A stretch of 53,832 bases of DNA from NCBI GenBank assembly GCA_000708835.1, contig DF237539.1:1-53832 (forward strand), in the 5' to 3' direction. This document shows positions 1 to 12,000 of the stretch, piece by piece. Both the position numbers and the translations under genes were made by a program. The notes under the pieces were generated by a model that had not been told where the DNA came from, did not search any database, and saw nothing but the letters and a program-made list of their open reading frames with translations. The DNA is from Klebsormidium nitens (lineage: Eukaryota > Plantae > Klebsormidiophyceae). The first letter of the stretch is position 1, and each line of letters starts with the position of its first letter.

Positions 1-944
1 TTATATTTTGACACGCGGCGCGCGGTGAAGTCAGCCAGCGGGACTAAGGTACGGAATTAATATCTGACAATGAACCTCTACAGTACATGCAACTTATTTT
101 GGCCGTTATTAAAAGTCACGCGAGGATCCGGATCATTTGAATCCTAGCTTGCAACTCGGTCTGCGACTGCAGCTAAGGCACTTCGGCCGGTCAAAAGAGC
201 GCGGTAGACTTTGAACCGGTACCACGACCTGCCCCACTGCTAGTCTCACGGTATTGGTCGGTAGTAGTGCCGGTAGAACAATACATCCTCAGTGCGCAGC
301 TTGGGCAACCGCCGCCCTCCCGAGGCTCCAACACCATGTTTCGGGCCTAGACACTTGGCAGCTTCTGACTGGCCTTATCGCTTCGAGCGAATCTTGGCCC
401 AAGTCCCGAGCATTTTCCATCAAGCAACCGGGCATAGTTACGGGCGGACCTGTCACCTTCTTCTACAACGCTATGTGCATGTTTTACGCGCTTTTTGCAC
501 ATGCTGGTGTGCACACGCTCATCAAAATGAAGTGCAACCATCGATCTGAAAGACGTACATTTGCAGTCACCTCATAGCCTTGCTCGTGGTCCACAGCTTC
601 GGTTGGCTATTTGCAGAGACTCTGAAAGGCCTGCCTAAATTCTCTTCGCTCGCACAACGTAGCTGCTTAGGATTATGGAAGAACTTAGCCGCCCCATAAA
701 CATGCTGCATGTCGTCACTGCTTTGCGACATTCATGGAAGCTTTCTTCAGCCTGGCTTCATCATCTCGACAACCCATGAAGGCTGGCGAACCCACAGACT
801 TTGGTGACTCTAGTAGCTCATGGGGGCCCCGGCCCACCGCGGAATGTTGTCATCGACGGTGCCGCCTAAAAATTGGTTCCACCATGACCGTACGATCAAG
901 CGACGGCCGGCCGCTGCTCGTTCAATTACTCAGGAATGGGGTCC

Positions 945-2630
945 TCAACCCTCCCGCTAAACCCCCAGACAACGCGCGGCAGGCGCGTGGCGCCCTCCGG
1001 CCGCGGCCCGGATCGGCGTCATTCATTCGGGATGATGCGGATTTAAACAACCTTGCAGGAAACCCCAGCTAGGACTACCCAACGTCAGTACTTTCAAGTT
1101 ACAGAGCCGCCTTTTCCTGTTTCACGGGAGTGTCTATTCAGAAGCTTGACCAGCATTGAGAGCCGTTCGTATCCCATGTTTTCCTTCGCCTAGGACTTGT
1201 TTTGGCACGTTCGTGAATGCCCGAAACATTTACAGACCTTCAAACTACTTATGCACTCTTATGCAACCAATCCTTGAGGAATTTCAAGGATGTACCTTAT
1301 AGAAGGATTACGGAAGCTGTTGCACAGGCGGCACGACTCCGCAAGTGGATTTAATCCGAAACTCTTGAAAGAAGTTAAGAAGCTTTCCAACGACAAGCGG
1401 GCAATGTATGAGCCGCAAAAGATCGATGTAAGCATTTTATATTATCAGCCCTCTACAGGGCGTCGAAGGCGTCCTAGTGAAACGCAACGTGCGACTTCTT
1501 GATCTGCCCCCTTCTGTTCTCCAAGGCTATGGTTGGGGCAAGGCAGGTGCAGTGGTTTCAATATCAAAGTTCAACCAAAGAATTCGCTAAGTATCTGCTC
1601 GGCTGCTCCTGTCGCGTTATTTGGATCCTCTTTTCTTCATCAGGTTGCTGTACCAAGGGACAAAAACTGAATTTGATATATGTGCAGCGATTTTACAAAC
1701 TCATCGAGGAATTGGCTTACTTGGACAAGGATACAGCATTTCTGATCTATCTTGATTGGTGCATGCTGGATCTTGATATCCGCGCGCAGGGGGCCCGGGC
1801 CACACTCGTGAGTAATCCAGCGTTGCAAAGGGTGCTCCTTTGGTTGACTGCTCAGCAGAGGGCTTCAGTAGCGCCCCAGAAGCGTCTTACCCTCCAAATC
1901 TTTTACCTTCTTCAAATCCATCCCAACTGACGCTCAGATTGACAGGTGTCGCTCAAGTCAAGATTGACATCCATTTCCCCTCAACTCTGCAGCCAAGCAA
2001 CGCAGATTTGCAAGCAAGTTTCGATAAACATGTGGACTGGCTAAAACCAGAGAACGAGGGAAAGCCGTGGAACCAGAGGCACGTGAGTTGGAACTCGATG
2101 GCCAAAAGAACCTGCTTGCTCCTTCATGCTTCCGATCAGAAGTTTCACAGAATTCTTGCTTGACTGTTGAGAAACTGAATGTTGTCATAGTTTCAACGGT
2201 CGATATATTCTCGAGATGCTACCGAAACGAACTCACATTCACCAGTCACCTTTCTCGCTGCAGTCCACTCTTACTCCGGCGCTGGTTATCTTCTACAATC
2301 GGTGCTAGACGGGAAAAGCGGCAGATGTGTGCAGAGACAGGATCATTCGAAGACTCAATGGACGCATCGAGGACAGCCCTCAGATACTTCTCATGCTTGC
2401 GGGCACCTCAGGCTTAAAAGTCAGCTTGTTCTGCATGCATTTGGCAAGCAATTGTAGACAGGTTTTTAAGCATGGCTGCCGATGGTGCCTTTGCGCTAGC
2501 TAGTAACTGTGGTCATCGGTGTCATCATAGGCCGCGGTATGCCCTTCAAGATAGAGCCGGCCGTCTTGTTTTCGGTTGCAATATTTGTGTATTATGATGA
2601 AAGAGTGATCAGCTGGATCTTCCGTGAAAG
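945..2630 (+). pseudogene. Copy A of a tandemly duplicated, intron-containing gene of unknown function (probably frameshifted)
   Basis: Aligns block by block with 3360-5040. Shared exon-like blocks bounded by AG/GT: MYLIEGLRKLLHRRHDSASGFNPKLLKEVKKLSNDKRAMYEPQKID, RFYKLIEELAYLDKDTAFLIYLDWCMLDLDIRAQ, PSNADLQASFDKHVDWLKPENEGKPWNQRH, STLTPALVIFYNRC*. There is a 2-nt length difference to copy B just before the MYL codons. Confidence 0.55.
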
Positions 2631-2638
2631 GTTTAGGG

Positions 2639-2828
2639 GACAATCCCGTATCTCTCGATCTAGTGAACAGCGGTGAACAGTAAGCATTTTGGGGTTACTA
2701 AAAACCCTAACCCAAAGGATCACCCGCTCCGCACCCGTACCCACCCTAACCTCCTAACTAACCCTACCCGTCTCCGTTACTGTTCACTGGCTGTTGCTGT
2801 TCACTACATCGATCGGGATGACAATCCC
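2639..2828. mobile_element. MITE-like element with imperfect terminal inverted repeats, 9-bp flanking direct repeat and telomere-like core
   Basis: GACAATCCC at 2639-2647 and 2820-2828. The left arm tcgatctagtgaacagcggtgaacagtaa is the imperfect reverse complement of the right arm ttactgttcactggctgttgctgttcactacatcga. The core carries aaaccctaaccc, accctaac, cctaactaaccctac. Confidence 0.6.
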
Positions 2829-3359
2829 TGCACCTGAAGATTGACACGTAATGCTATGCGAGGGACTTAGGATGGAGGGACTAGCTTTCCAGGCAACAAT
2901 CATATGTGCACTCCTTGTCTATTTGGCACAACATGGCGCCATCTTATAGTGCTGGAAGTTGATCGGCGTCGATTGTGCTATTGGGAAGGTCTCCATTTTC
3001 AATTGGAAAGTGAAAATGACCAACGGTCCTTTTGACTTTCACGCAACACTCCAGTCGTCGATCGATCCCATGGGACCGCCAAATCCAATTGCGTCATGAG
3101 CCGCTGCACTGTATGACTCAGTGGTTGCTTAAAATCGTCCATTCCAGCTAGCATGAGCATGACCTACGTACATGTCAAGCACAAAGTGAAACGTATTCTG
3201 GCATGATTGTCGCTTCAATGGTCGGGAGGAATTTCGTAGGCCCGCGGCGTGCTTTCTTACATTTCCAGTGGCACACAATTGTGGAATACCTGTTCGCTCG
3301 AAGCCTGCTCACTGTTCCCCGGACCCCAGGCGCGGCGTGTCCGATCCCGGCCGGCGATC

Positions 3360-5040
3360 CTAACCCTCCCGATAAACCCCCAGACGACGCGCGGGGCGCC
3401 CGGCCCAGGCTCGCGGCGCCGGCCGCGGTGATCCAATCGCGTGTGCGCGGCGAATTTTTGGTGGTTCCAAGCAAGCAGGACGCAGGCAGCTCAACTTAAA
3501 GAAACAGAAGTCTTTAGTACCCCTAGAACCGCCTTTATCTGTCTCAGTGTCTAATGGCCAGCATTGAGAGCCGTACGTATCCGCTGCCATGTTCTCCTTC
3601 GCCTAGGACTTGTGTTGGCACATTCGTACCTCGTTCGTACACGATGCCCAAATCATAACTGACTTGAAGCTTCCAAACAACTTATGCACTTTTAGGCAGC
3701 CGACCCTTGAATGATCTTTCAAAGATGTACCTAATCAAAGGATTACGGAAGCTGTTGCAGAGGCGGGATGACTCCGCAAGTGGGATTGATCCGAAACTCT
3801 TGAAAGAGGTTAAGAGGCTTTCCAAGGACAAGCGAGCGGTGTGTGAGCGGCAGAAGATCATTGTGAGCATTCAATCATCAGCTAATTACAAGGCGTCCAA
3901 AGCTTCGCGGAATTCAATGTGCAACTTTTTGATTTGCCCCCTTCCTATTTCCACTTTTTGATGCTTGAGGCAATAAGGCAACGCAGGTGTGACAGGTGCA
4001 GTAGTTTCTATTGAGTCACTCTACCTGAGACATCGCCTTATGAAGCTACTCGCTGCTCCTGTCGCTTTGAGGGTTCCGTTTGGATCCTCTTCCCCTCATC
4101 AGGTTTCTGTGACAAGAGACAAAACTGGTATATCTGCAGCGGTTTTACGAGCTCATCGAGGACTTGGCTTACTTGGACAAGGATACAGCATTCCCAATCT
4201 ATCTTGATTGGTGCATGCTGGATCCTGAAATCCGAGCGCAGAGGCTCACACTGGTAAGAATTCAGCTCGGCAAAGGGTTCTTTCGGTTGACTGCTAAGCA
4301 GAGGGGCTTCAAAGCTGCTTGCCCTCCAGACCTAGGACTTATTTCAAGTCCAATTGTATGCTCACAGCAAAACGTTTTGCTCAAGTCAAACTGACATTTT
4401 TGCTGTCATGCGAAACTGCAGCCAATCGACGCAGATCTGCGAGCCAGTTTCAATAGAGAGGTGGAGTGGCTGAAACCACAAAACGAGGGGAAGCCGTCGA
4501 ACCAGAGGCATGTGAGTTTGATCTGATGGCCAACAGAAGCCTGCTTGCTCCTTCATGGTTCTGATCAGATTTCCAAGGGATCCTTTTCTTGGTTCTCAAA
4601 ACTTCAAGGTTCTCATTTCAGGGGGCAATGCATTTAAGATGCGACCCCGATGCAACCAAATAGCTCTTACATACAACAATCCACCTTGGTCATTGCAGTT
4701 AACTCTAACTCCGGCGCTGGTTATCTTCTACAATCGGTGCTAGATAAAATTAGCCGCGCGCCAGATTGAAATCGTTGTGGTCCTCCAGCGATGCATCGAG
4801 GACATGCATCACATCATCGACGTTTTCGGGCACCTGAGGAATAGGGTAAGGTTTGCGCATCTATGCTTGCAGTCGTCGTCAGCTGTCAAACATGGCTGCC
4901 GATGGTGTCTTTGCGCTAGTCATTTCAAGCGACTACAGGGTAGGCCTTTCCTAAACTGGCCGGTCTTGTTTTTAACTGCAACAATTGTTCATCACTGATA
5001 AAGTACATTGATCAGCTCAATTGTCCTGGGAAGTTCTGAA
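3360..5040 (+). pseudogene. Copy B of the same tandemly duplicated intron-containing gene
   Basis: Blocks NDLSKMYLIKGLRKLLQRRDDSASGIDPKLLKEVKRLSKDKRAVCERQKII, RFYELIEDLAYLDKDTAFPIYLDWCMLDPEIRAQRLTL|gtaag, cag|PIDADLRASFNREVEWLKPQNEGKPSNQRH|gtgag, cag|LTLTPALVIFYNRC*. Many differences from copy A are synonymous. The block near 4000-4070 has stops in the frame that is open in copy A. Confidence 0.55.
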
Positions 5041-6040
5041 GAAAAGACTATCTGAAGATCGACATGAGTAGTGCTTCGACGAAAGGATCATTGGAATTAT
5101 AGTAGCCTGCTGGCTCATCATTGACAACTATCATTTGTGAACTCTTCATCTACGGGCACAATTGCCGCTGAGTCCAGCTCGTGTCTAACAATCAATGAGC
5201 CTCCGTCGACGTACTCTGTTCGATTGCAAATATGTAACCATGTCCAAGACAATGTTGGGGGTCACATGACTGTGACCAATATATGGCGGGTGCTTGAACG
5301 TCAAGATTTCTCTGACGGCCTAATACTCCAGTCGTAGCGCCGGATCCCGGCCGGAGTCCGATGAGTCCCAATCCGATCAGCCCACATGTGCAACTGCCAA
5401 AGCCAGTACGTCTGCAGCACTGCATGTCATGCATGCCGCGCAGATCTATTTCATGAATAATTACACATCATATTATCTGCAATTGTCCACGTGAAGGTTT
5501 GTATCAAATTCACGCCAGGAGCTGAACTTTAAATCTCTCGGTCACAGGCACGACGGTCGCGAGGGGAGCGAGTCTTAATATACTTTTGCCAAATGCGTCT
5601 AAACGTTTCTAGCCAATTAACTTACGTATCGTGTTGACTGCACAGGGCGGCCTCATGTGTTTGTAAGAACTCTCGTTCTCGATGCCAACTTTTCACGGGT
5701 GGATTGTTTGAACTTGGAATGGAAGATGAGCTAGCAACATTAACAAGATACAGCTTAATTAGCAGAGTAATGCACATAGCTCAAGGCTCATGAGGATATG
5801 AGCACAAGCTTTGATATATTCTGGAGGTGTTCGTGCTATTACTTTGTCAGGCTTCGATGTTGGCAGTTTCGTTGCGACAACACGCCACCACACTTGTATA
5901 ATGGCATGACGGCCAGCTAGTGCCATATACATCTGGCAACAAGCCCAAGATTGACGGGGCTCGTAACGTCGTGCGTCACGTGCAACTGAAACACAGCGCG
6001 TTGGAAAATTGTCGATCCATAAGGAGCTGAATAACGAGCG

Positions 6041-9000
6041 TCATAGTTGTCCTGTGCTGAGTTTGATGATGTTCGAGAGAGTGCCCGTGATTGTCACGAG
6101 CACCCCAATGGATATCATCGTCAAAACTAAGTACCTGCACGAGTGACGACAAAATCCAAGTCAATCTGCTTGGGGTCAGTGTAGAGTAGAGGCCAGGTTG
6201 TCCTCAAATTAGACCGGCACTCCTCGCCCACAGGTCCCCACCACTAACAGTCCAAATGAGGTCTCCGAAACCCTAATATCTGAACAGAGAGATCTGATGG
6301 AGGGTTGGAAAATGGCAGAACGCAAATCAAGCTTTTGAACCATAGAAAGCAACCGAGAGCACGAAATACCGTGTCCATGTAGGAACCAAAACAGGCCAGA
6401 CAGAGAATCATCCAAAAGTAAAAGCTGTTGACGGATAGCTAACACTCAAAGTGGACGGAACCCAGCGATCCTGTTTGCTCGAAGCCTGCTCACCGTTCCC
6501 TGTACCCCGCCATCTTGGCCCCCCACCGCCAGGCAATCAACGCGGGGAACGTAAACCCCAATGAGACCGCCGCCGTGGCGCCCGTAAACTCAAACGCCAC
6601 CCAAATGTTCGGAACGAACGCCGAGCCGATGAAGGTCAACGTCAGCAGCGCGACGGTGATGCCGTAGAAGCGCACGGGGCTGTGCGCGAGCGGGGGTGCC
6701 CCGGAAAAGAGCAAGGCGTCCACGACCTCCCGGAACGAGTAATGGATGAGCGGGAAAACGCCCAACAGGTGGAGCGCGTAACTCAAGCGCACCACGTCGT
6801 TCACCTGCGAATGCCGTGTACTCAGTAATACCGGATGTCGAACTTCACCCCCAGACATCAAACCCCTAGGAAACGCAACTCGACGATCTCCCGAACAGGT
6901 GCGACGCGTAGCTCAAGCGCACCACGCCATTCACCTGCAATCGCCTTTTTAAACCAGATCGTCACATTTGCAGAATATTAAACGCCTAGGAAGTCGAAGT
7001 GATGATTTCGGAGTGCGCGGAACAGGTGCAGCGCTTAGCGGACCAGATTCGTTCACCTCGTTCACCTGCGCATACGCCTTAGATCCATGATCCAAAGCAC
7101 AAAACGCGGAAAAGCGGTTAGCCTCGACCCGAAACTCTTCACATCTAGATTACCAAAATCTCGAACTTCAGAAAATCCAGAAAGATCCAGAAAGACCTGG
7201 TTATCCTGACAGCGCCCAGCAGGGCCAATAATGAGCCCCGCCGTCAACGCGTGTTAACAGAACGTGCAACATGTCAAAAGCGCACAAACCCTCGGGACGA
7301 AAACCAAAGGCTGGCACGTTTTGACGCCCCGCATATTGAGCCCGACCGCCCGCTGGCAAAACAACAGCAGCGATAACTGCCTACACACGAGTGTTTCAAA
7401 TCTCTTGAAGTTTCCTGTCCAAAACTCTAGCTGACCGTAACGAGACTCCCGCCGATTGCTATTTTACGAACGCAATAGATTGAACGCAGGTTCGAATCAA
7501 AGTTTCGCAATCTTTTCTACGAACAGAAGTTGCCCTCAATGCAAGCCCCAGCCCCCGCATGAAAAGAAACTCTCCATCACGCAGAAATCTGCTTTTGGTC
7601 GGTTGCGAGCCTCTTCTGATTGTGAGAGGAACATCTGAAAAGTGAGAGCTCACTGCTGCGCTGAAGGGGATGTTGAGGTCTGTGTCGAAGTTGGAGAGGA
7701 CGTCCCCCTGGATCGCCGACCCAAAGAGCAGGAAGCCGAAGGAGGCCGTCAGCAGGTACACCGCTGTGCACATGCCGATGGATGCGCGCACCACGCGCGC
7801 CATGCGCGCCTCCGAGCGGTCCCGCAGCTCCACGTAGATTGGATGCACTGCGGCGCAGCGAGAAGCGGAGAAAGTTGAAACTTCGGGGAAGCTGACAATC
7901 TTGACTAATTCACGGGTCGGTTTTCGGAGTAAGAAGTGGACAATAATGGGCTGCGGGGACATGTAAATGTTGCAAAGGTTTACGAGTTCATTATTAGCAG
8001 CCTGGGGGACGCTGTCATGTCGCAGCACGATGAATCTCGTTTGGCACTTGTCGTGCGGCCATATTAAGGTTGTCTCACCAAAATCAAGCGATTTGCCTGC
8101 CGCCTACCAACATGCGAGGAGCTTTCAAGGGGTGGGCTGCTCGACTCAGAGCTTCAACGGAAGAGCCAAGGCCATGAGCCACCTGTCATGCTCACTCAGC
8201 TCTTGCATTGATGGTTGATGACGACGACACATCGCGGACTCTGCTTCATAAGCGCCCGAATCTTCGGCGAAGTCGGCATCAGATGGCTCAATCAGTCAGC
8301 AACTGAAAGAACCAATACGCCTTGTACGTATTTGCCAAGGCTTTAAGGCTCTTCTCCGAGAAACCGTTTGTAGTTAAGCCGTCTCCTGAAGCCTAGGAAT
8401 ATTTTGGGCTCACACGGAGTACAAGCCTTCTGATTCTTCCGTGAATCGACTATAATCACATTAGGCTCACCGTTGAAATGGCAGACGAACGCGTTCGCCA
8501 TGACCGGCACCACGGAGCAGAGCTGCAGCCAGTCGTGCCACGTGGCAAACGCCGGCAGCAGCTGCGGCAGCCCGATGCGCCCTTCCGCCAGCCGGATGAG
8601 TGTAACAATGATCAGAATCACCACGAACACCACGGCCAGCCCGAACGCAGCTGCGCTCGTGTAATGCAGCGAATCTGCAAACGATGAGTGAGTGTTTAGC
8701 TTTGAGCGAAGCGGGTTCTTTGAGCGGGGGGTAAGCATGTCCAAGTCCTACATTGATGCGAGTCACGAAGATAAGTTAGCGGGACAAGCGGACTGGGGGG
8801 AGAGCGGCGGATGCGAGGTTCGTGTAGTGCAGCGAATCTGTGAGGGATGAGCAGGCGGTTAAAATTGGAGGAAGTCACTCTCGGGGGGGCGCAACGCATG
8901 TGCGGGTTGTGTAATGCGCCAGGTCTGCGAAATTGGTTAGCAGGTAGGATTAGAAGAAGCAGATCGGAGGAAGCAAGACACAGCATGCGCGGGTTGATCA

Positions 9001-12000
9001 ACGATTGACAGAGAGTGTCTGGAGACGAGAGACAGCCCCGCGTTCCGTCTGAGGGCTTCAAAGGTATACAAGCTGGCGAGCAAAGCGGAATCGGAGCTAA
9101 CTCCGGACCGTTCTCCACAGGAACTAATGGGCATGCCTCCGACAACGCTGGGATGAAAAATTGGCCGTGAAAAGGGCAGGGCAATCGATCTTTGTCCTCA
9201 CTCTTACTTTGGACTCTTCAACCCCCGTTATCGTGTGTTCCAGTGAATAAAGAAAGAGCTGACAAACCAACTAACGTTTCTGAGCTAGAAAGAAACGAGC
9301 CCCACCTGTGAGTTTCAGGCAGCGTACTTAACTTTCGGTCTATTCTCTTATCCTCCTGTGTTCCAGTGAACGAAGAAAAAGCAAATACACCAACCAGCGC
9401 CTCTCAGCTAGACCGAAATAGAGGCCCACCTATGTGTTTCTTCAGGTCTGATCTTCTCATGTGTTCTGAAAAGCAAAACAAAAGCCGGCAGACCAACTTA
9501 GCTAGACCGGAAAGAGCCCCACCTATGTGTTTCAAACAGCAGAGCGGCCCCAGCGCCGTCAGTAGCGTTACCAGAACCACCACAGTCCGCCCATTCCACC
9601 ACCGAGCACCCCCCGCCCACTCCTCCAGCAAGCCCGTGTGGTGCTCGGAGCCCTTCCCCGACCCCGACAAAACGTCCGCTGCAACAACATGGAATTCCCA
9701 AATATGCTAAATCATTCATGAGAAGCGCAACTTAAAAAAATATGCGTCACTTGTAAGAGGACAACCTCCCTGGGACGGGTGAGTTTAGGGTGGGCATGGA
9801 TGCGAAGCGGGTAAGCATTTGGGTTTAGTTTCAAATGTTGGGCTCATTTAAAGCATAGCTGGACTGGAGCTTACTTCAGTCTTCCAGAGTTTTGCTTTGA
9901 TTGAGAGAGCGGATAAAGGCCGGGATTTTTGTGGGGTATCGAGCTAAGTTCGGTTCACCCATATTTGTCATGGGGGATGATACACTGAGAACAAGATGCC
10001 GGAAGAATGCAAAGCCAGTGAGTCTTCGTTGCGAAGTTGTCGAGACTGCGTATCGCATCGCCTTCCCGCATGACGTCAAGCTCTTTTGGCGCTGCCATCA
10101 TACGATCGAATAAAAAAGTTTGAAAAAGGGTAAACAGCTCAAACCCTTTTTCACTTGCGTGGTGAGGTAAGAGGTGCCGGTTCAAATCTCGTTCTGCCCT
10201 TTGGTTAGAACTAGGAACAAGGCGTTTGACATGGGTAGCATTGCACTTCTCCTTCGTCGATTTAGGGCCTCACCAACGATGATGAGGTAAACTACGAGGA
10301 TGCCCGTGTTGTTGATTATGACGGCAATCTGCAGCGCAAGGCGGCCGACGCGCGGGTACGCGTCCTCAAGAAGGTCGCTATACGTCCAGCACTTGCGCTG
10401 TAGCGAGTACTTGAGTAGCAGGTGGATCGAGTACTGCACAATGAAACACACCGGAATGGGCGGTCAGTGTTGTTGCAAGGGACTGCAAACTGGTGTCTTG
10501 TTGATCAAGAACCAAGAGCGAGACTAGCTTGCCTGTTCCGTCGTTAAGTAAGACAGTTGAGTTTGCCTTGGAGTTTCGCCAGAAACGTACGGAGGCATCA
10601 CGCAGTGTGCATCTGACTGGACCCTGATACTCCTCGATGACCTTCGAAATGGCTGAAAGGTCTGCCTGGGTGACTTGACTTCAATGAGGGGCAAACCCAA
10701 CCACTGCATGAGACCGCTTACACAATAGTACAGCAGATTCTCGATCTGCGGGGCCCCACAACCGCCGTGCCTCCCCAGTGCTTCCAAGGGGCTATGTTCG
10801 ACAGCTTCATGCGCTGATGGACCCTTCGACAAGTGCCAGTGGTTCCCGGAAACTAAAGATTGTTTGCAACTTCGACTTCGACTTCAATCATCGAAGTTCG
10901 TGTCTGTGTGTAGCTCACAACTTCACAGGTACTGGAAACTTCCGCTGAGTTTCCGACAGCCTTTGTGCAATGGGTTTCCAGGTCAGGTCGATCTTTGCTC
11001 CGCGCTTTTGCCAAAGGTCCACTGGATTGCTTGCTATTGATTTGGAAAGATTCACCAGCGTAACTTTGGGCCCCTCCTCGCACAGAGGTACCGGGATTTG
11101 TTATGCCATGACCAGCTTGAAGCACTATGTGAAGAGGCACAATACTTTTACACACGCAGCAGCGGAGGTCAATTTACCAAGAATCGACCGACTGAGTTCT
11201 GAGCGGCTGGCCCAATAGACAACCGCTGCGAGAGCTGGTCTGTTTTTTTTCAACCTAAGGAACTTGAAAGGCAGCAGGAATTGTTAGGTGAATCTCAATC
11301 GAGCACCGGATGGCTGGGTCTACGTGCCCGACAACAAGGACCGTCTCCGGTTCAAATGTTTACATGAGGACAAAGAACCATCGCTGACCTGTGGCTGACA
11401 GAAGTAAGGCCTGGTGGCAGGGGTCCAAAAGCCATTGACCAATTCTCTCTTTCATTTCAAATATGTACAGACAACAGCAATTTCGTATGCGTCAGGCGAC
11501 AGGCGACTCGCCATGGTGAGGCGCCCACTGGCACAAACTCTAATAGCCAACTTACAACGTCTCCCGCCTTCCCAACAGATGTAGAAGCATATACGTGTTT
11601 CCTTGGATGATTGGCCTTCCCAAGTGAGGCCCCCAATGGCACCAGATTAGGACCACTTGACAATCTCTGTCTCTCAAACTTTGTGAAAGGACCACTGTTG
11701 TCACCACTGTTGTTTCTTAATTCTTGTGAAAGGAGCATAGAAGTTTCTTCTGATAAGTGGCTCACCGCTGTGAGGGCCCCAATGGCCAGGATGATGAAGA
11801 GGCCGAGCGGAAGGCCCAGGACTTTCATGGTGGCGGGGAGGGCCATGATTCCCGCCCCCACAATGGTGGTGGACAAGTTGAACACGCCACTGCCACAAGA
11901 TGGGAGAGGGGGGGGGCAAAGCGTAAGGTGATTTGGAGGGGGGGCAAAGGTTAGTCAAAGGGCCCGTTTGAGATCAAACATCGTAGGCAAGGGGACTGAG

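Noticed and set aside
120-290. Possible structured RNA or tRNA
   Set aside because: I could not identify a cloverleaf, or A-box and B-box at proper spacing.
254-1072. Short ORFs at the window start
   Set aside because: They overlap in several frames, with no motifs and no consistent splice model.
2695-2775. Possible true telomere or chromosome-fusion site
   Set aside because: Only a few degenerate units are present, enclosed by inverted repeats, so an element core explains it better.
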